A stretch of 64,000 nt of DNA from Candidatus Sericytochromatia bacterium. Its GTDB lineage: Bacteria; Cyanobacteriota; Sericytochromatia; UBA7694; JACMQJ01. The notes under the pieces were generated by a model. The model was not told the origin of the DNA, did no database searches, and saw only the letters and a program-made list of their open reading frames with translations. Below, one piece after another: positions 1-11,612 of this stretch; positions within the stretch are counted from its first letter, which is position 1, and each line of letters begins with the position of its first letter. The translations under genes were made by a program, and so were the position numbers. The DNA lies in the NCBI GenBank assembly GCA_026004035.1, contig BPII01000006.1:14296-78295 (forward strand), given 5' to 3'.

Positions 1-1
1 A

Positions 2-2428
2 CCAATTTTAATAAAAGATATTGGAGTAGTAAAAGATACTTTTAAAGAAAGAGAAACAATTTCAAGATTAAATGGTAAACCTTCCGTTACTGTTTCAGTT
101 CAAAAAAGAAGTGGTGAAAATATTATTGAAATAACTGATGAAGTAAAAAAAAGATTAGAGCAATTTAAAAATAATGTTTCTCCAAATATTAATTTCACCA
201 TAACTTTAGATGCTTCTAAAGATATAAGAAATATGGTTAGTGATTTAGAAAATAATATAATTTCAGGGCTAATACTTGTTTTAGCGGTCCTATTTATATT
301 TATGGATTGGAAATCAGCTTTTTTTGTATCAACTGCAATACCTCTATCTATGCTTATATCATTTATAGTTTTAAAAGCACTAGGTATAACGTTAAACATG
401 GTAGTATTGTTCTCTTTAATTCTTGCTTTAGGTATGCTTGTAGATAATGGTATTGTTATTGTTGAAAATATATATAGACATCAGCAAGAAGGTAAAGAAC
501 CTATAGAAGCAGCAAAAATAGGAGTAGCTGAAGTAGAAATACCTGTTATAGCATCTACTCTTACAACATTAGCAGCATTTGCTCCAATGATATTTTGGCC
601 TGGAATAATGGGAGAATTCATGAGTTATTTACCAAAAATGGTAATAATAGTTCTAACAGCTTCATTATTTGTTGCGTTGATTATAAATCCTGTTATGTGT
701 GCTTATATGTTAAAAGTTAAAGAAGAAAAAATCAAAACAGCAGAAAGTGAAGATAATATTTTTATTAAAACTTATAAAAATTTCTTATTTTTTTCTTTAA
801 AACATAAATATTTATTTATATTAGTAAGCTTTTTAACTTTAGTTTTAACTTTTATTGCTTATAGATTTTTAAATCATGGTATAGAATTTTTTCCATCAAC
901 AGATCCTAGAAGGATAAATATAACAATAAAAGCACCTGATGGAACAACTCTTGAAGAGTCTGATAGAATATCAAGAATAGTAGAAGAAAGACTAAAAAAA
1001 TATAAAGATATAGACTACTTTGTTACTAATGTTGGAACAGGAGGAAATCAAGGAGGATTTGGTGGGAGTGAATCAAGTAGTAACTATACTACAATAAACG
1101 TTGATTTTGTTGATAGAAAATTAAGAAGTCAATCATCTCTTAAAACAACAGATGAAATAAGAAAAGATTTAAAAGATATAGCAGGAGTTGAGATAGAAAT
1201 AAAAAAAGAACAAAAAGGACCACCAGCAGGGTATCCTGTAAATGTTGAAATAGCAGGTGATTCTTTCGAAATGCTAGGTAAAATAGCACAGAATGTTAAA
1301 AATGAAATAGCTTCTGTAAGAGGATTAGTTGATTTAAAAGATAATTTTAGTACAGGAAAAAAGGAAATAAGAATAATTATAGATAAAGAAAAAGCACAAG
1401 TATTAAAATTAAATACACAAGGTATATCAAATGCAATAAGAACAGCTTTTAATGGAACAAAAGCTAGTGTATTTAGAGAAGAAGATGAAGAATACGATAT
1501 AATTGTTAAATTACCAGAAGAAAAAAGAAATAATATTAATAGCTTAAAAACAATGTATATATCTGGTAAAGATGATGTTCAAGTTCCACTTGAATATGTA
1601 GCAAAAATATATTCAGTCCAAGGTTACGGTTCAATAAGAAGGCTAAATCAATCAAGAGTTATTACAGTATCTGCAAATGTAGAAGGTAGAAATGCAAACG
1701 AAGCCTTACAGGAAGTAATAAAAATAGTTAATGAAAAAATAAAATTACCATCAGGATATACTATAAGATATACAGGTGAAAATAAAGAAAAGGAGGCAGC
1801 TAGTAAATTTTTATCAAATGCTTTTTTAATAGGAGTTTTTCTTATAATAATGATATTAGTATTTCAATTTAATTCTATAGTTTTACCTTCTATTATAATG
1901 TTTTCAGTAATATTATCTTTAGTTGGTGTATTATGGGGACTTATAATAACAAGGACCCCTTTCGGAGTTATTATGACAGGAATTGGAGTTATAAGTTTAG
2001 CAGGTGTTGTTGTCAATAATTCAATAGTTCTTATAGATTATATACAACAATTAAGAAAAGAAGGGCTTAATAAAATAGATGCAATAATAAAAGCAGGTGC
2101 TACAAGATTGAGACCTGTTTTATTAACAGCTATAACTACTATTTTAGGACTTTTACCTATGGTATTAGGAATAAATATTGACTTTGTAAATATGACTATT
2201 GATAGTGGTTCTGATAATACCCAATGGTGGGGACCAATGGCAGTTGCTGTTTTTTATGGATTAACGTTTTCTACTATACTGACATTAGTTTTTGTTCCTG
2301 TTATGTATTTAACAATTACTGATAATATTGATAAATTTAAAGGCTTATTATTAAAAATATCAAATAGAAAAAAAATTGAAAAACAAAAATTTTTTTCAAA
2401 AAAAGATATTAAACCTCTTACTAATTAA
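2..2428 (+). CDS. RND-family (AcrB/CzcA-type) efflux transporter permease, C-terminal part; 5' end outside window
   Basis: Frame 2 is open from the first bases of the window to the stop at 2428 (ORF track 233..2428 is the Met-initiated tail). The translation shows alternating large soluble loops and clustered hydrophobic helices and ends ...FVPVMYL, as in RND pumps. Confidence 0.8.
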   Translation, partial: PILIKDIGVVKDTFKERETISRLNGKPSVTVSVQKRSGENIIEITDEVKKRLEQFKNNVSPNINFTITLDASKDIRNMVSDLENNIISGLILVLAVLFIFMDWKSAFFVSTAIPLSMLISFIVLKALGITLNMVVLFSLILALGMLVDNGIVIVENIYRHQQEGKEPIEAAKIGVAEVEIPVIASTLTTLAAFAPMIFWPGIMGEFMSYLPKMVIIVLTASLFVALIINPVMCAYMLKVKEEKIKTAESEDNIFIKTYKNFLFFSLKHKYLFILVSFLTLVLTFIAYRFLNHGIEFFPSTDPRRINITIKAPDGTTLEESDRISRIVEERLKKYKDIDYFVTNVGTGGNQGGFGGSESSSNYTTINVDFVDRKLRSQSSLKTTDEIRKDLKDIAGVEIEIKKEQKGPPAGYPVNVEIAGDSFEMLGKIAQNVKNEIASVRGLVDLKDNFSTGKKEIRIIIDKEKAQVLKLNTQGISNAIRTAFNGTKASVFREEDEEYDIIVKLPEEKRNNINSLKTMYISGKDDVQVPLEYVAKIYSVQGYGSIRRLNQSRVITVSANVEGRNANEALQEVIKIVNEKIKLPSGYTIRYTGENKEKEAASKFLSNAFLIGVFLIIMILVFQFNSIVLPSIIMFSVILSLVGVLWGLIITRTPFGVIMTGIGVISLAGVVVNNSIVLIDYIQQLRKEGLNKIDAIIKAGATRLRPVLLTAITTILGLLPMVLGINIDFVNMTIDSGSDNTQWWGPMAVAVFYGLTFSTILTLVFVPVMYLTITDNIDKFKGLLLKISNRKKIEKQKFFSKKDIKPLTN

Positions 2429-2435
2429 CAAACTT

Positions 2436-2578
2436 CTTGGGCACTAGGATTGAGTTATGGAAAAAATTACATTAAAAAGGTTATAAATACTAAATTTGAA
2501 GTATATTTAAATATAAATCTTTAAAATGCTTACTATTAAGGTATTTTAAGCTTATCAAAAATAACATTAGCCCAGTGT
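2436..2578 (-). repeat. Copy 1 (reverse orientation) of a ~140-bp interspersed intergenic element; ncRNA or MITE-like
   Basis: Its reverse complement aligns at about 85% identity over ~140 bp with 26362-26503 and 56890-57033. Ends are mutually complementary (GACACTGGG...CCTAGTGCC). It lies between convergent gene ends. Confidence 0.6.
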
Positions 2579-2602
2579 CATTTTGTAAAAAAATAAAAAA
2601 AT

Positions 2603-5600
2603 CTATTGTATCATAACAGAAAAACTAACTTCACCACTACTTCCAGGAGTTAATATTCCATTTACATTCCAAATTATAAGTCCTGTTCCATTTACAGGTG
2701 GTGCTGTTATAGTTCCACTTCCTGTAACAAAACTTGCAGAAACAAAAGTGGTATTAGCCGGTGTCATATCTTGTATTTTTATATTTTTTAAATCATCATT
2801 TCCCATATTAGTATAAACTATACTATAAGTTAAAATTGTTCCCGGTGGTTGGCTTCCTGTTGGACTAACTGTTTTAATAAGTCTTAGTACTCCTGATGTT
2901 CCTGAATCTGATACAGTTGTAATATCTTGAACTATGGCAACTTTATTTTGTGTTAATAATGGATCAGATGGTGTTAAAGTTGCTGTTAGGGTTAAAGTAT
3001 CTACTGTATTTACAGGTGCATTACTTGGAATTTCTACTTTAACTATAATTCTTATGCTATGATTTGAATTCAAGTTATAAATATCACCTAATGACATACC
3101 GTTAACATTACTATAAGGAGTATCAGGTCCATCTAATATACCATTTTCATTTACATCTCTAAAGAATGTATATGTCCAACCTTGAACTGAACTGAAATTT
3201 AATGTTACATTACCGGCTAAATCACTTCTCAAGTAATGAGTATAATATATTGTGCTACCTGCTAGAGCATTACTAGAATTATTTGGTGAAAACACAAAAT
3301 TGTCTGGACCAACTATTTTTACAGAAGAAAATTCTGATGTATCATTTGTAGAATTTGTGGCTGTAGTAGTTATGTATTCACCTTCAACTATCTTTCCACC
3401 AACATTTGGAATAATACAATCAATATTTCCATTACTATCAGCATAACAATTTCCTAGATATATTTGTCCTTCACCATGTTGAACATTTTTTACCATCACC
3501 TAGTATTATTTCACCATTATTATTTCCATCATCAGTAGCTTTGAATACTTCTATAAGAGAATTTGCAAAAGCTGTTTGATTTGGTGCAGAACCAACATAA
3601 CCTTTTATATGTAATGAATCACCTACTAATATTGCTGATGTAATAATTGGGTAATCAGTTCCATTATTAGCAAGAGAAGAATTTATTATTCCATCATTTG
3701 GAGTTACTCCATCAAGATTTATTCCTAATGTATTTGGATCAGGATTATCTGACCTTAAGTCTATACCTAGATTAGCACTACCTGAAACTAACCCATTACG
3801 AAAAATACTATTTTCTGTTATACGAACTCTATTAGTAGATTGAACAACAATACCAGCTCCACCACTATCAGATATTATATTTCTATATATTTGAACAACT
3901 GAACCTGAACCTATTGTTCTAACTATGATATTTATAGGTTCATTTGAAGGATTTCCATCTAAATTTTTACCATTATTTGAATATGTATTTTCTTGAACAA
4001 CTAAATTAACAACATTTGCTGATGGATTATATCCTAATTCACTACCTGCTCCTCTCATGTGATGAACATAGTTATACTGAATAGTATCATTTAAACCATT
4101 TCCTATTATAAGAATTCCATCAAAAGTATTAGTTTGACCTGTTGAAGGTCTTGTAACTTCATTATATTCTACAAGCATATTAGAACCGCCACCATCTCTT
4201 CTTATACCAGAATTATTTGTCTTTACATAGTTATGTCTAACTATCATATTTGAGCTGTTATTTCCTAATTCAACAAAATATGTAGCAGAATAAACTGTTG
4301 ATTCTACTCCATTTGCTTGCATTCCAAATAAATTATCTTGAATTAAAGAATTATTACCTTGTATTAATACTCCACAAGCAACAAAAGCTATATTTCTTAA
4401 TTCAAATCCTGTAGCTGCTGTTGTAGTTGTAAGTCCTCTTATATTTGAAGCAACAATTTCTACTTCAGGATTATCAAATGGTGGTAAATATGTTTGTGAT
4501 ACTCCTACAAAAACATTACCTGCTGTTTGTCCAATATTTGTTTCTTGACCTCCAGCTGTTCTTACATTATTCGTTTGTGTTCTACCATCTATTATAGTAT
4601 CTGGAGCTGTTATATCAGGTAAAGCTGAAGATAATATTATTCTTGCAGCACCATAAGAAGTTAATTGATTTGTGTAAGATGTGTTTTGTCCTGGATTTGA
4701 AACTCCATTTGGTATCATAAAAATAGATACTTCTTTACCAGGTGTTTGTCCAACCTGTGCAAGTCCAGAATTACCTAAAGCATTACTATTTAGTATAAAT
4801 TGTCTTAAACTTCCTTGTCCAGAATTATTTGTATTTACAATTGTGTCAAAGTTAAATCCAAAATCTACACCTGTAATATTTGAAACTAAATATACATTTG
4901 TAATAGATTGTGCTGTTGTAGTTGATGTATTAAGAGCTGATAAAGTTGTACTACCATTTCCGGCATCTACCTTTGTAGGATCCTGACCACCTACCATATT
5001 TGTAATATCTACAACAATACCACTAGAAACATCTGTTCTAAAAGTTTGAACTCCAAGCTCACCTGAACCACCACCTGGTCTTGATGAAGTAACAGAACTA
5101 TTAACTACTCTTACAGTATAATTTCCAGGTAATAATCCACTAAAAGTATAAATCCCACTAGCATTTGTTGTTGTAAATGTAACAAAATTACCTGCACTAT
5201 TATATAACTCAACTCTTACATTAGGTCTTCCTACCCCTGAAGCACTTGTAAAATTTCTACCTGCACCACCACCATAATTTATATCTTCAAATACTCTACC
5301 TGATATAGAGTAAGTAGCATTTGATATATTTATTGTATAATCTTCAACCTCTCCATCTAAAAATGTTCCTCCAGTATCATTAGCACTTATAGAACCTGTT
5401 GTTAATCTTAATCTTACATAAGAATCACCAGCTACTATATTAGGACCACTTCCACCTATATTATTCCAAGTTAAAGTTACATTTCCATTTGTTCCATTAG
5501 GTACATTAACACTAGTAGCTTCATCAGCTTGAAATATTCCATCTCTATCAAAATCTATCCAGCCGTATAATGTTGCATTATTACCAGTGTTATTATATAC

Positions 5601-8324
5601 ATTAACATTCAGACTATATGTTGAAAAAGATGTATGTAATAATGGAAAGCTTGTAACTCCATCTTCATCATCTGTATTATCATTATCATCACCATTAGCA
5701 CTTATACCTGGTAATCCATCATTTTCAGAATCTATTAAAGAACCTATTCTAATATTATTTTTTATAGCATGACGTGCTCCTGATGAAGAATTCAATGTTA
5801 AGTATGAATTTGATGCATCTCCATAATCATAAACATTCTGTATTGTTAATGTGTAATCTTCAACTTCTCCATTATTTTTCAAGCCTGCAAAATCTGAGTT
5901 TGATAAAGAATCAGTTGTAAGTCTTACTCTTAGATAAGAATTTCCAGCTTGTATATTTGTTGGTATAGATAACCAAGTTAATGTAAATGTTCCATTATTT
6001 GTTCCATTAGGAACAGTTATTAAACTACTAGCTTCACTGCTTTGAAAAACTCCATCTAAATTAAAATCTATCCAAGCTCTTAAATTTGCGTTTGAGCCTG
6101 TGTTATTAGTTACTAAAACATTAACAGAATATGAAGAAGCATTTGTATATAAAATTGGTATAGTTGAAATTGAATCTTCATCATCACTTGTATTTGAATC
6201 ATCTCCATTTGCACTTGTATTCGGTTGTCCATTATTATCAATATCTATTAAAGCACCTAATTTAATATTATTCTTTATAATATGTCTAGCACCATTTGAT
6301 GAATTAATAGTTAAATATGTATCTGGTGCATCACCATAGTCATAAGAAGTTATAGTAATATCTTCATTATTTGTAGATGTTGCAATATAGTAACTGTTGG
6401 TTGTTTGCCCACTAGTTGTTCTTTGTGGATCAAGATATTGAGCTTGAGCTGGATTTTGAAATGTTCCTTCAAAAATTGTATTAGGAATATTCACATTAAA
6501 AGTTATTGTTACACTTCCTCCACCTGGTATTGTAAAAACTCCCCAATTTGGATTTGTAGAACCAGATGATGGATTTGTTACAGGACTTCTTGTCGCTCCA
6601 CCTGATAGATTAACTGAAGTTGTAGACAAATATGTAAATCCACTTGGTAGTAAATCAGATATATTAACTTGTTCAGCATTACCTCTATTGATAGCATTTG
6701 ATACTGTAATAGTGTATTGTCCTGTAATTCCTGAAGATGTATTTGTTAAATTTGGTGTTGATGTAGTCTTTGTAACTGTCAAATTAGGTAAGCAATCGGG
6801 ATTTGCTCCAGCACCAGGTATTGTATTTATTGGAACAGGTGTTAGTAAATCACCAACAGAAGGAGCACCTGGACCTGATGTAGGAGCACCAAAGTAATTT
6901 GAAGTATCTGTTGTTGTATATCCAGGTGATCCATTTTGTATGTTTATTGTAGCTCCAGATGAAACAGTAACATATCCACCACCACCTCCACCACCAGGTC
7001 CATGAGAATTAATAAAACCTGATTGAGTTGGCCATGAATTAGCACCATTAGCACCTCTTGCATTTATTGTTATACCTGTTAGATTATTATCAGCTGTATA
7101 AAATAAAACACTACCACCTGCACCACCACCACCTGCACCATCATTAGCAGGGTCAGGAGGAGTAGTACCATTGGCATTTATAGTTCCTGTACTACCATTT
7201 ATAGTTCCAGCTCTAATAAATACCATTCCACCACCTAAACCACCACTACTTTGAACACCTGATGAATTATTTCTTGTTCCAGCACCACCACCTCCTCCCA
7301 TTACCATTCTTGTAGGAGAAGCAGGGAAAGGAGCACCACCTAAACCACCTCTTGGCAAGTTTGAATACCAAGTATTACCACCTTGACCACCAGCACCAAA
7401 ATTAGAACCACCACCACCACCAGAATTTTGGTCATTAGCACTTGGGTTTCCATCTGTACCACCACCTCCAGCATTGCCGGGAGCACCCCTTGCAAAACTA
7501 CCACCTGGATAACCTTCTACACCAGTATTAATAATATTACTACCATCATAAACATATCTTGGAGTTCCTGCTATACCTTCACCTTTTGAAGCATGAAAAT
7601 TTCCAGAATTTCTGACATAGTCTGTATTAGAACCTCCAGGACCACCTGTTACTTGTCTAGCACCACCACCACGAAATCCTTTTCCTGTCATATCTATTGT
7701 TGCACCATTAAAATTTAGTATTCCAGCAACATCAAAAGCCAAAACTCCTCCTGTATTACCATTCCAAGCAGGAGCAGTTACTGTTCCACTTAAAGTCAAA
7801 CTAGAATATTGAGGAACTCTTATAACTTGAAATCTTTTTTGACCACTTGTAGCAGTAGCATTTGCATTTATATAAGAATTAACTAATGGTGAGGCTAAGT
7901 TTATAGTTCCACCTGCTGTTGAAACTGAATTTGTTGCTATAGCATACTCAAAAAGTCCAGCATTACCAACACTTGTTTGTCCCCTTCCTGTTCCATCATT
8001 AGCTCCATAGTTAGCATTATTTGTATAATTTATTGTTCCATCTTGCATTTGTATTATAAGTAATAAGTCTCCTGGTGATATTCCAACAGCACCTAATCTT
8101 GAAGCTCCTACAGTTACTGATGTACTACCAGCTATAGGGTTTCCTGTTCCAGGGTAGTAATCTATAAGTAATGATGATGTAGGACCAGCTACTCCATCTT
8201 TACCAGGGTTACTACAATATGAAAATACTTCTTTTGTAAGAATTATATTTACTAAAATTAATATGAAAAGTATATTAAAAACTTTAAATTTCATCAATAA
8301 TTTAACAAATAACCTCCATAACAA
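2603..8324 (-). CDS. Giant secreted surface adhesin (~1900 aa): signal peptide, parallel beta-helix repeats, Gly-rich region, two GEVED-type repeats, Cna-B/SdrD-B domain, C-terminal DUF11 domain. Split into ORFs 3471..8324 and 2603..3499 by a 1-nt frameshift in an A6/T6 run at 3487-3492
   Basis: N-terminus is MKFKVFNILFILILVNIIL (signal peptide). A ~130-aa unit YDYGDA..SYLT.NSS.GARH.IKNNI..G...GEVEDYT(L/I) occurs twice. Beta-helix-like RITENSIFRNG repeats and a long GGGGxG stretch are present. YSISGRVFEDINYGGG...GNYTVRV is Cna-B-like. The 298-aa tail carries a TIGR01451/DUF11-like motif (GTILTYSIVYTNMGNDD). With A5 instead of A6 at 3487-3492 the frames read ...ILGDGKNVQHGEGQIYLGNCY continuously. 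Confidence 0.65.
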
Positions 8325-8326
8325 AA

Positions 8327-10747
8327 TTATTGTAAATCTTTTTTAGTCAATACATTATTTTGTCCCCAGATATCACCAAAATTTCCTAATTTAAATGTTA
8401 GACCAATATAAGGGCCTTGAGCATTATAATTTGTAGTTATCAAATCTTTATCATTATAACCAAAGAAATTATATCCTAAAGCTAATCTTAAATCTTTCAT
8501 AGGAAAATATCCTATTTCAGTAATAAAATCATTTAAAGATGTTAATGTTTCAAATTGAGTTAAATTTCTATATTCTCCTACTATATCAAAATTATAAGAT
8601 AATTTATATGTTATTCTTGCAAGTCCTAAGCTAATGTTTGAATATACAGGATTAAATCCTTTTGTTATATCATAAGAATTTTTCCATGCAAGTTTTGTAT
8701 ATACTTCCCAATAATATGAAGGTTGAAAAAAGCCTTCAAATGAAAATATATTGTTTAAAACATCAGAAGAAAATTCTAATCCATCATGATTTTTTCTTAA
8801 TTGATATTTAAACAAAGCATTGAAAAAATCACTATTTAAAGGTCTATAAGCTAGCCCAAATAAAGCATCCATATTATGAGTTCTTATCAATTCACTTGAA
8901 CTGTTATACATAAATCTTCCAAATACACCAAAATCATCACCTAAAGCTCCAGCAGCATTAAAGTTAAATAAATTACTTGCTCTTAATCCATCTCTAAAAT
9001 CATATTTAGCTGAAGCTCTAAATCCTAGATTTTTAGGGAAGTATTCAGTAGAAAAAGACCAAGCATTATAACTTTCATCCATAGATATATTTAAATTTGG
9101 ATTATTACCATTTACTCTTTCAAAATTAATTCCTAATGCAAGTTCAGGAATTAGATTTATTCTATTATTAAAACCAATTCTAGTTTGTGCTGACCTACCA
9201 TCAATTGCACTATCTATTTGATATTTTGCTCCCATGTTTAGTGAATTAAAAACATCTAAACCTGTATTAAAAGTTGTATCAGCTCCAATTATTGTAGCTG
9301 TTGTTAGTTTATCTCTTTCAAAAAATGCTTGTCTTGCATATAATTTTAAATTATCTGTTAAAGCATAGTCTAAACCTAATGTTGTTTGTGTTGGTCTTGT
9401 AAAATCTTGAGTACTTAATAAATTTTGTTCTCTACTAGCATTTAAAGATATATTATAAAATGTTGGAGATTTATAATTTAAAATTGCTAAAGCTGAATTA
9501 TCTATTTGATTTATATTTTGTGGATTTGAAAATTGTCTAAATTCTAAACCACCACTTACAATATGTGAAAATATATCCTGATTGACTCTTGTATTTAATG
9601 CTTGTAGTAAATGCCCGGTAGTAAAATTCTTATCTCTATTAAATTCAATATTTAAACTTGTAGCATCAAAAGGCTTATATTCTAGTTTTCCAAAATATCT
9701 TTCTGTACCAGGTGCAAAACTATTACCTGTTTTATTAGAGAAATCTTTTTCTACAAATTGATATTCACCTTTTAAAGATAAATTATCAAGTGGTTTTGCT
9801 GAAATACCAGCTCTATATGATGAACCGTATTTATCTTCAAAAAAACTATTTGCATATTCAGCACTTATGTCAAAATTTTCACCTATTTTCTCTGTTAAGC
9901 TTACACCTGCTAATTGATAAGGTGCTGAAGGATTTAATTCTCTTATATAATTACCTCCTAAAGTTAAACCAAAACCTAGAGGTTGATTTAATTTTACTCC
10001 TACAATACTATTTGATAATTCTTGAGGATAATATTCATAAGTTATTATTATAAAATTAGGATTTAAGTTTTCATCTACACTTGCTATTGGTTGACTAAAT
10101 ATTAGAGTTCCTGTAGAATAGTCTATATTGTAATCACTTAATCTTGTTAATGTAGTAGTTTTTAATATTCTATTTATAAATGTTCTGTCTCTTGTTTCTA
10201 TTATTATTCTTTCTGTTCCATTTACAAGAGGATATTTACTTGTGTAATATGGTCCTGAAACACCTGCAGCTCTTATTTCATCTCTATTAAACATTTGTCT
10301 TGATATAGCCCCAAATACTTCTAAATCAGTTATTTGAGGTATATTTAATTTTAATCTTGCACCATTTAGAACACGATTATAATTACTCATTCTTGGTGTT
10401 GTAATATCTGCACTTACAAAACCGGTATTAAAATCACCAAACATTAAACTAGATTTATCTTTTTCTAATTTAAAAAAAACATTACTATTTGATGTTACTA
10501 TTTGATTTAATTGACTTGAATCACCATATATTGGATATAATCTATCTTCAGCTCTATCTCTGAACATGATATTTGAATCATCATTTAAAGCGTTTAATTT
10601 TCTACGAGTATCTAATGCAAAAGTTAATAAATAATCATCAAAAATAGTTCCTTGAGTAAATAATGATCCTCCTATATCAAAATTAAAACCAGCTTTAGCT
10701 TTTGGGTCGTTTTCAAATGATTGTCCGCTTAGTAAATGAATATCCAC
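8327..10747 (-). CDS. Putative outer-membrane beta-barrel protein (806-aa fragment lacking its own signal peptide)
   Basis: Tyr/Phe/Asn/Gly-rich with alternating-hydrophobic beta-strand pattern across ~800 aa. GTG start with an in-frame stop 4 codons upstream. Sits 2 nt upstream of the adhesin gene. The signal peptide probably comes from ORF 10825..11535 via frameshift(s) in 10748-10830. Confidence 0.45.
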   Translation of the reverse strand: MDIHLLSGQSFENDPKAKAGFNFDIGGSLFTQGTIFDDYLLTFALDTRRKLNALNDDSNIMFRDRAEDRLYPIYGDSSQLNQIVTSNSNVFFKLEKDKSSLMFGDFNTGFVSADITTPRMSNYNRVLNGARLKLNIPQITDLEVFGAISRQMFNRDEIRAAGVSGPYYTSKYPLVNGTERIIIETRDRTFINRILKTTTLTRLSDYNIDYSTGTLIFSQPIASVDENLNPNFIIITYEYYPQELSNSIVGVKLNQPLGFGLTLGGNYIRELNPSAPYQLAGVSLTEKIGENFDISAEYANSFFEDKYGSSYRAGISAKPLDNLSLKGEYQFVEKDFSNKTGNSFAPGTERYFGKLEYKPFDATSLNIEFNRDKNFTTGHLLQALNTRVNQDIFSHIVSGGLEFRQFSNPQNINQIDNSALAILNYKSPTFYNISLNASREQNLLSTQDFTRPTQTTLGLDYALTDNLKLYARQAFFERDKLTTATIIGADTTFNTGLDVFNSLNMGAKYQIDSAIDGRSAQTRIGFNNRINLIPELALGINFERVNGNNPNLNISMDESYNAWSFSTEYFPKNLGFRASAKYDFRDGLRASNLFNFNAAGALGDDFGVFGRFMYNSSSELIRTHNMDALFGLAYRPLNSDFFNALFKYQLRKNHDGLEFSSDVLNNIFSFEGFFQPSYYWEVYTKLAWKNSYDITKGFNPVYSNISLGLARITYKLSYNFDIVGEYRNLTQFETLTSLNDFITEIGYFPMKDLRLALGYNFFGYNDKDLITTNYNAQGPYIGLTFKLGNFGDIWGQNNVLTKKDLQ

Positions 10748-10824
10748 TTTTTGAATTAGCTAATCCTATCATTATAGGTTTTCTATAAGGAACTGTATAT
10801 TCTAATTTACCTATTTTTTTTATA

Positions 10825-11535
10825 TCATTTACAGAAACTAATATTTTTACCTTCTCCAATAGTATTTGGACTTAATATATCTACTTCTATGTAACCATTT
10901 TTTGTTTTTAATTGAATTCCATTTGTATTCGGGTCTTGATCTTCAGATTTTATAACTCCATTATCAGTATTTACGTTTATAAATATATCATCTGGAACAG
11001 GATTATTATATTTATCTAGTATTTTTATTTTCAACTTTGATATTTTTTTACCATCAGCTGGAGCTGTAAATGGTTCAATTTCTATATTATAAGGTTTTCC
11101 TCTAACATAAATAAATTTTTCTAGAGTCTCTATAACATTATTGTTTGAATCATAAATTTTTACTAATACTTTGTTTTCACCTTCTTGTAAAGGTATAGCA
11201 TAATAAGTATATACATTATTATTATTACTTGTATCAAGTTGAATTTTACCTATTAGTTTATTATCAAGAATATTATCATTCAAAATTATTTCATAAGTAT
11301 GATTAGGTGGAACAGATAATTTGAATGAAGCTGAAGGAACTTCTAATAATGGTGTAGCTTCATTACTATTTAAATCAATTTCATTTCTTGAAACAAAATT
11401 TTCTTTTTCATCTACTTTTTCTTTTGTAACTACTGTTTCACCTAAAGTTATGGATTCTTGAGCAATGGCAATAGATGGCATTATTAAAATGCCAATTAAG
11501 ATTATACTTAATATATTTCTAATAATAATTGCCAT
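10825..11535 (-). CDS. Secreted protein with signal peptide and Ig-like (Big-type) beta-sandwich region; probably the N-terminal part of the downstream beta-barrel gene
   Basis: MAIIIRNILSIILIGILIMPSIAIAQE is a signal peptide followed by V/I/N/K-rich beta-rich sequence. The third frame is open across 10748-10859 and links this ORF to the 806-aa ORF. An A8/T8 run lies at 10813-10820. Confidence 0.45.
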   Translation of the reverse strand: MAIIIRNILSIILIGILIMPSIAIAQESITLGETVVTKEKVDEKENFVSRNEIDLNSNEATPLLEVPSASFKLSVPPNHTYEIILNDNILDNKLIGKIQLDTSNNNNVYTYYAIPLQEGENKVLVKIYDSNNNVIETLEKFIYVRGKPYNIEIEPFTAPADGKKISKLKIKILDKYNNPVPDDIFINVNTDNGVIKSEDQDPNTNGIQLKTKNGYIEVDILSPNTIGEGKNISFCK

Positions 11536-11552
11536 AATACTTATATACAGTA

Positions 11553-11612
11553 TTAAAATTCAAATTCGTATGAAGTTAAACACTACTTCATGTGAATTTT
11601 TTGTGAATTTTA
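11553..11612 (-). promoter_or_regulatory. Candidate activator-dependent promoter for the 11535->2603 operon: two 11-bp direct repeats (AAAATTCACA), then TTTAAC-N17-TTTAAT
   Basis: Minus strand reads TAAAATTCACAAAAAATTCACATGAAGTAGTGTTTAACTTCATACGAATTTGAATTTTAATACTG. The same block (~80% identical, identical -35/-10 spacing) occurs at 19171-19218 upstream of the 153-aa/975-aa DUF11 operon. Confidence 0.5.
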
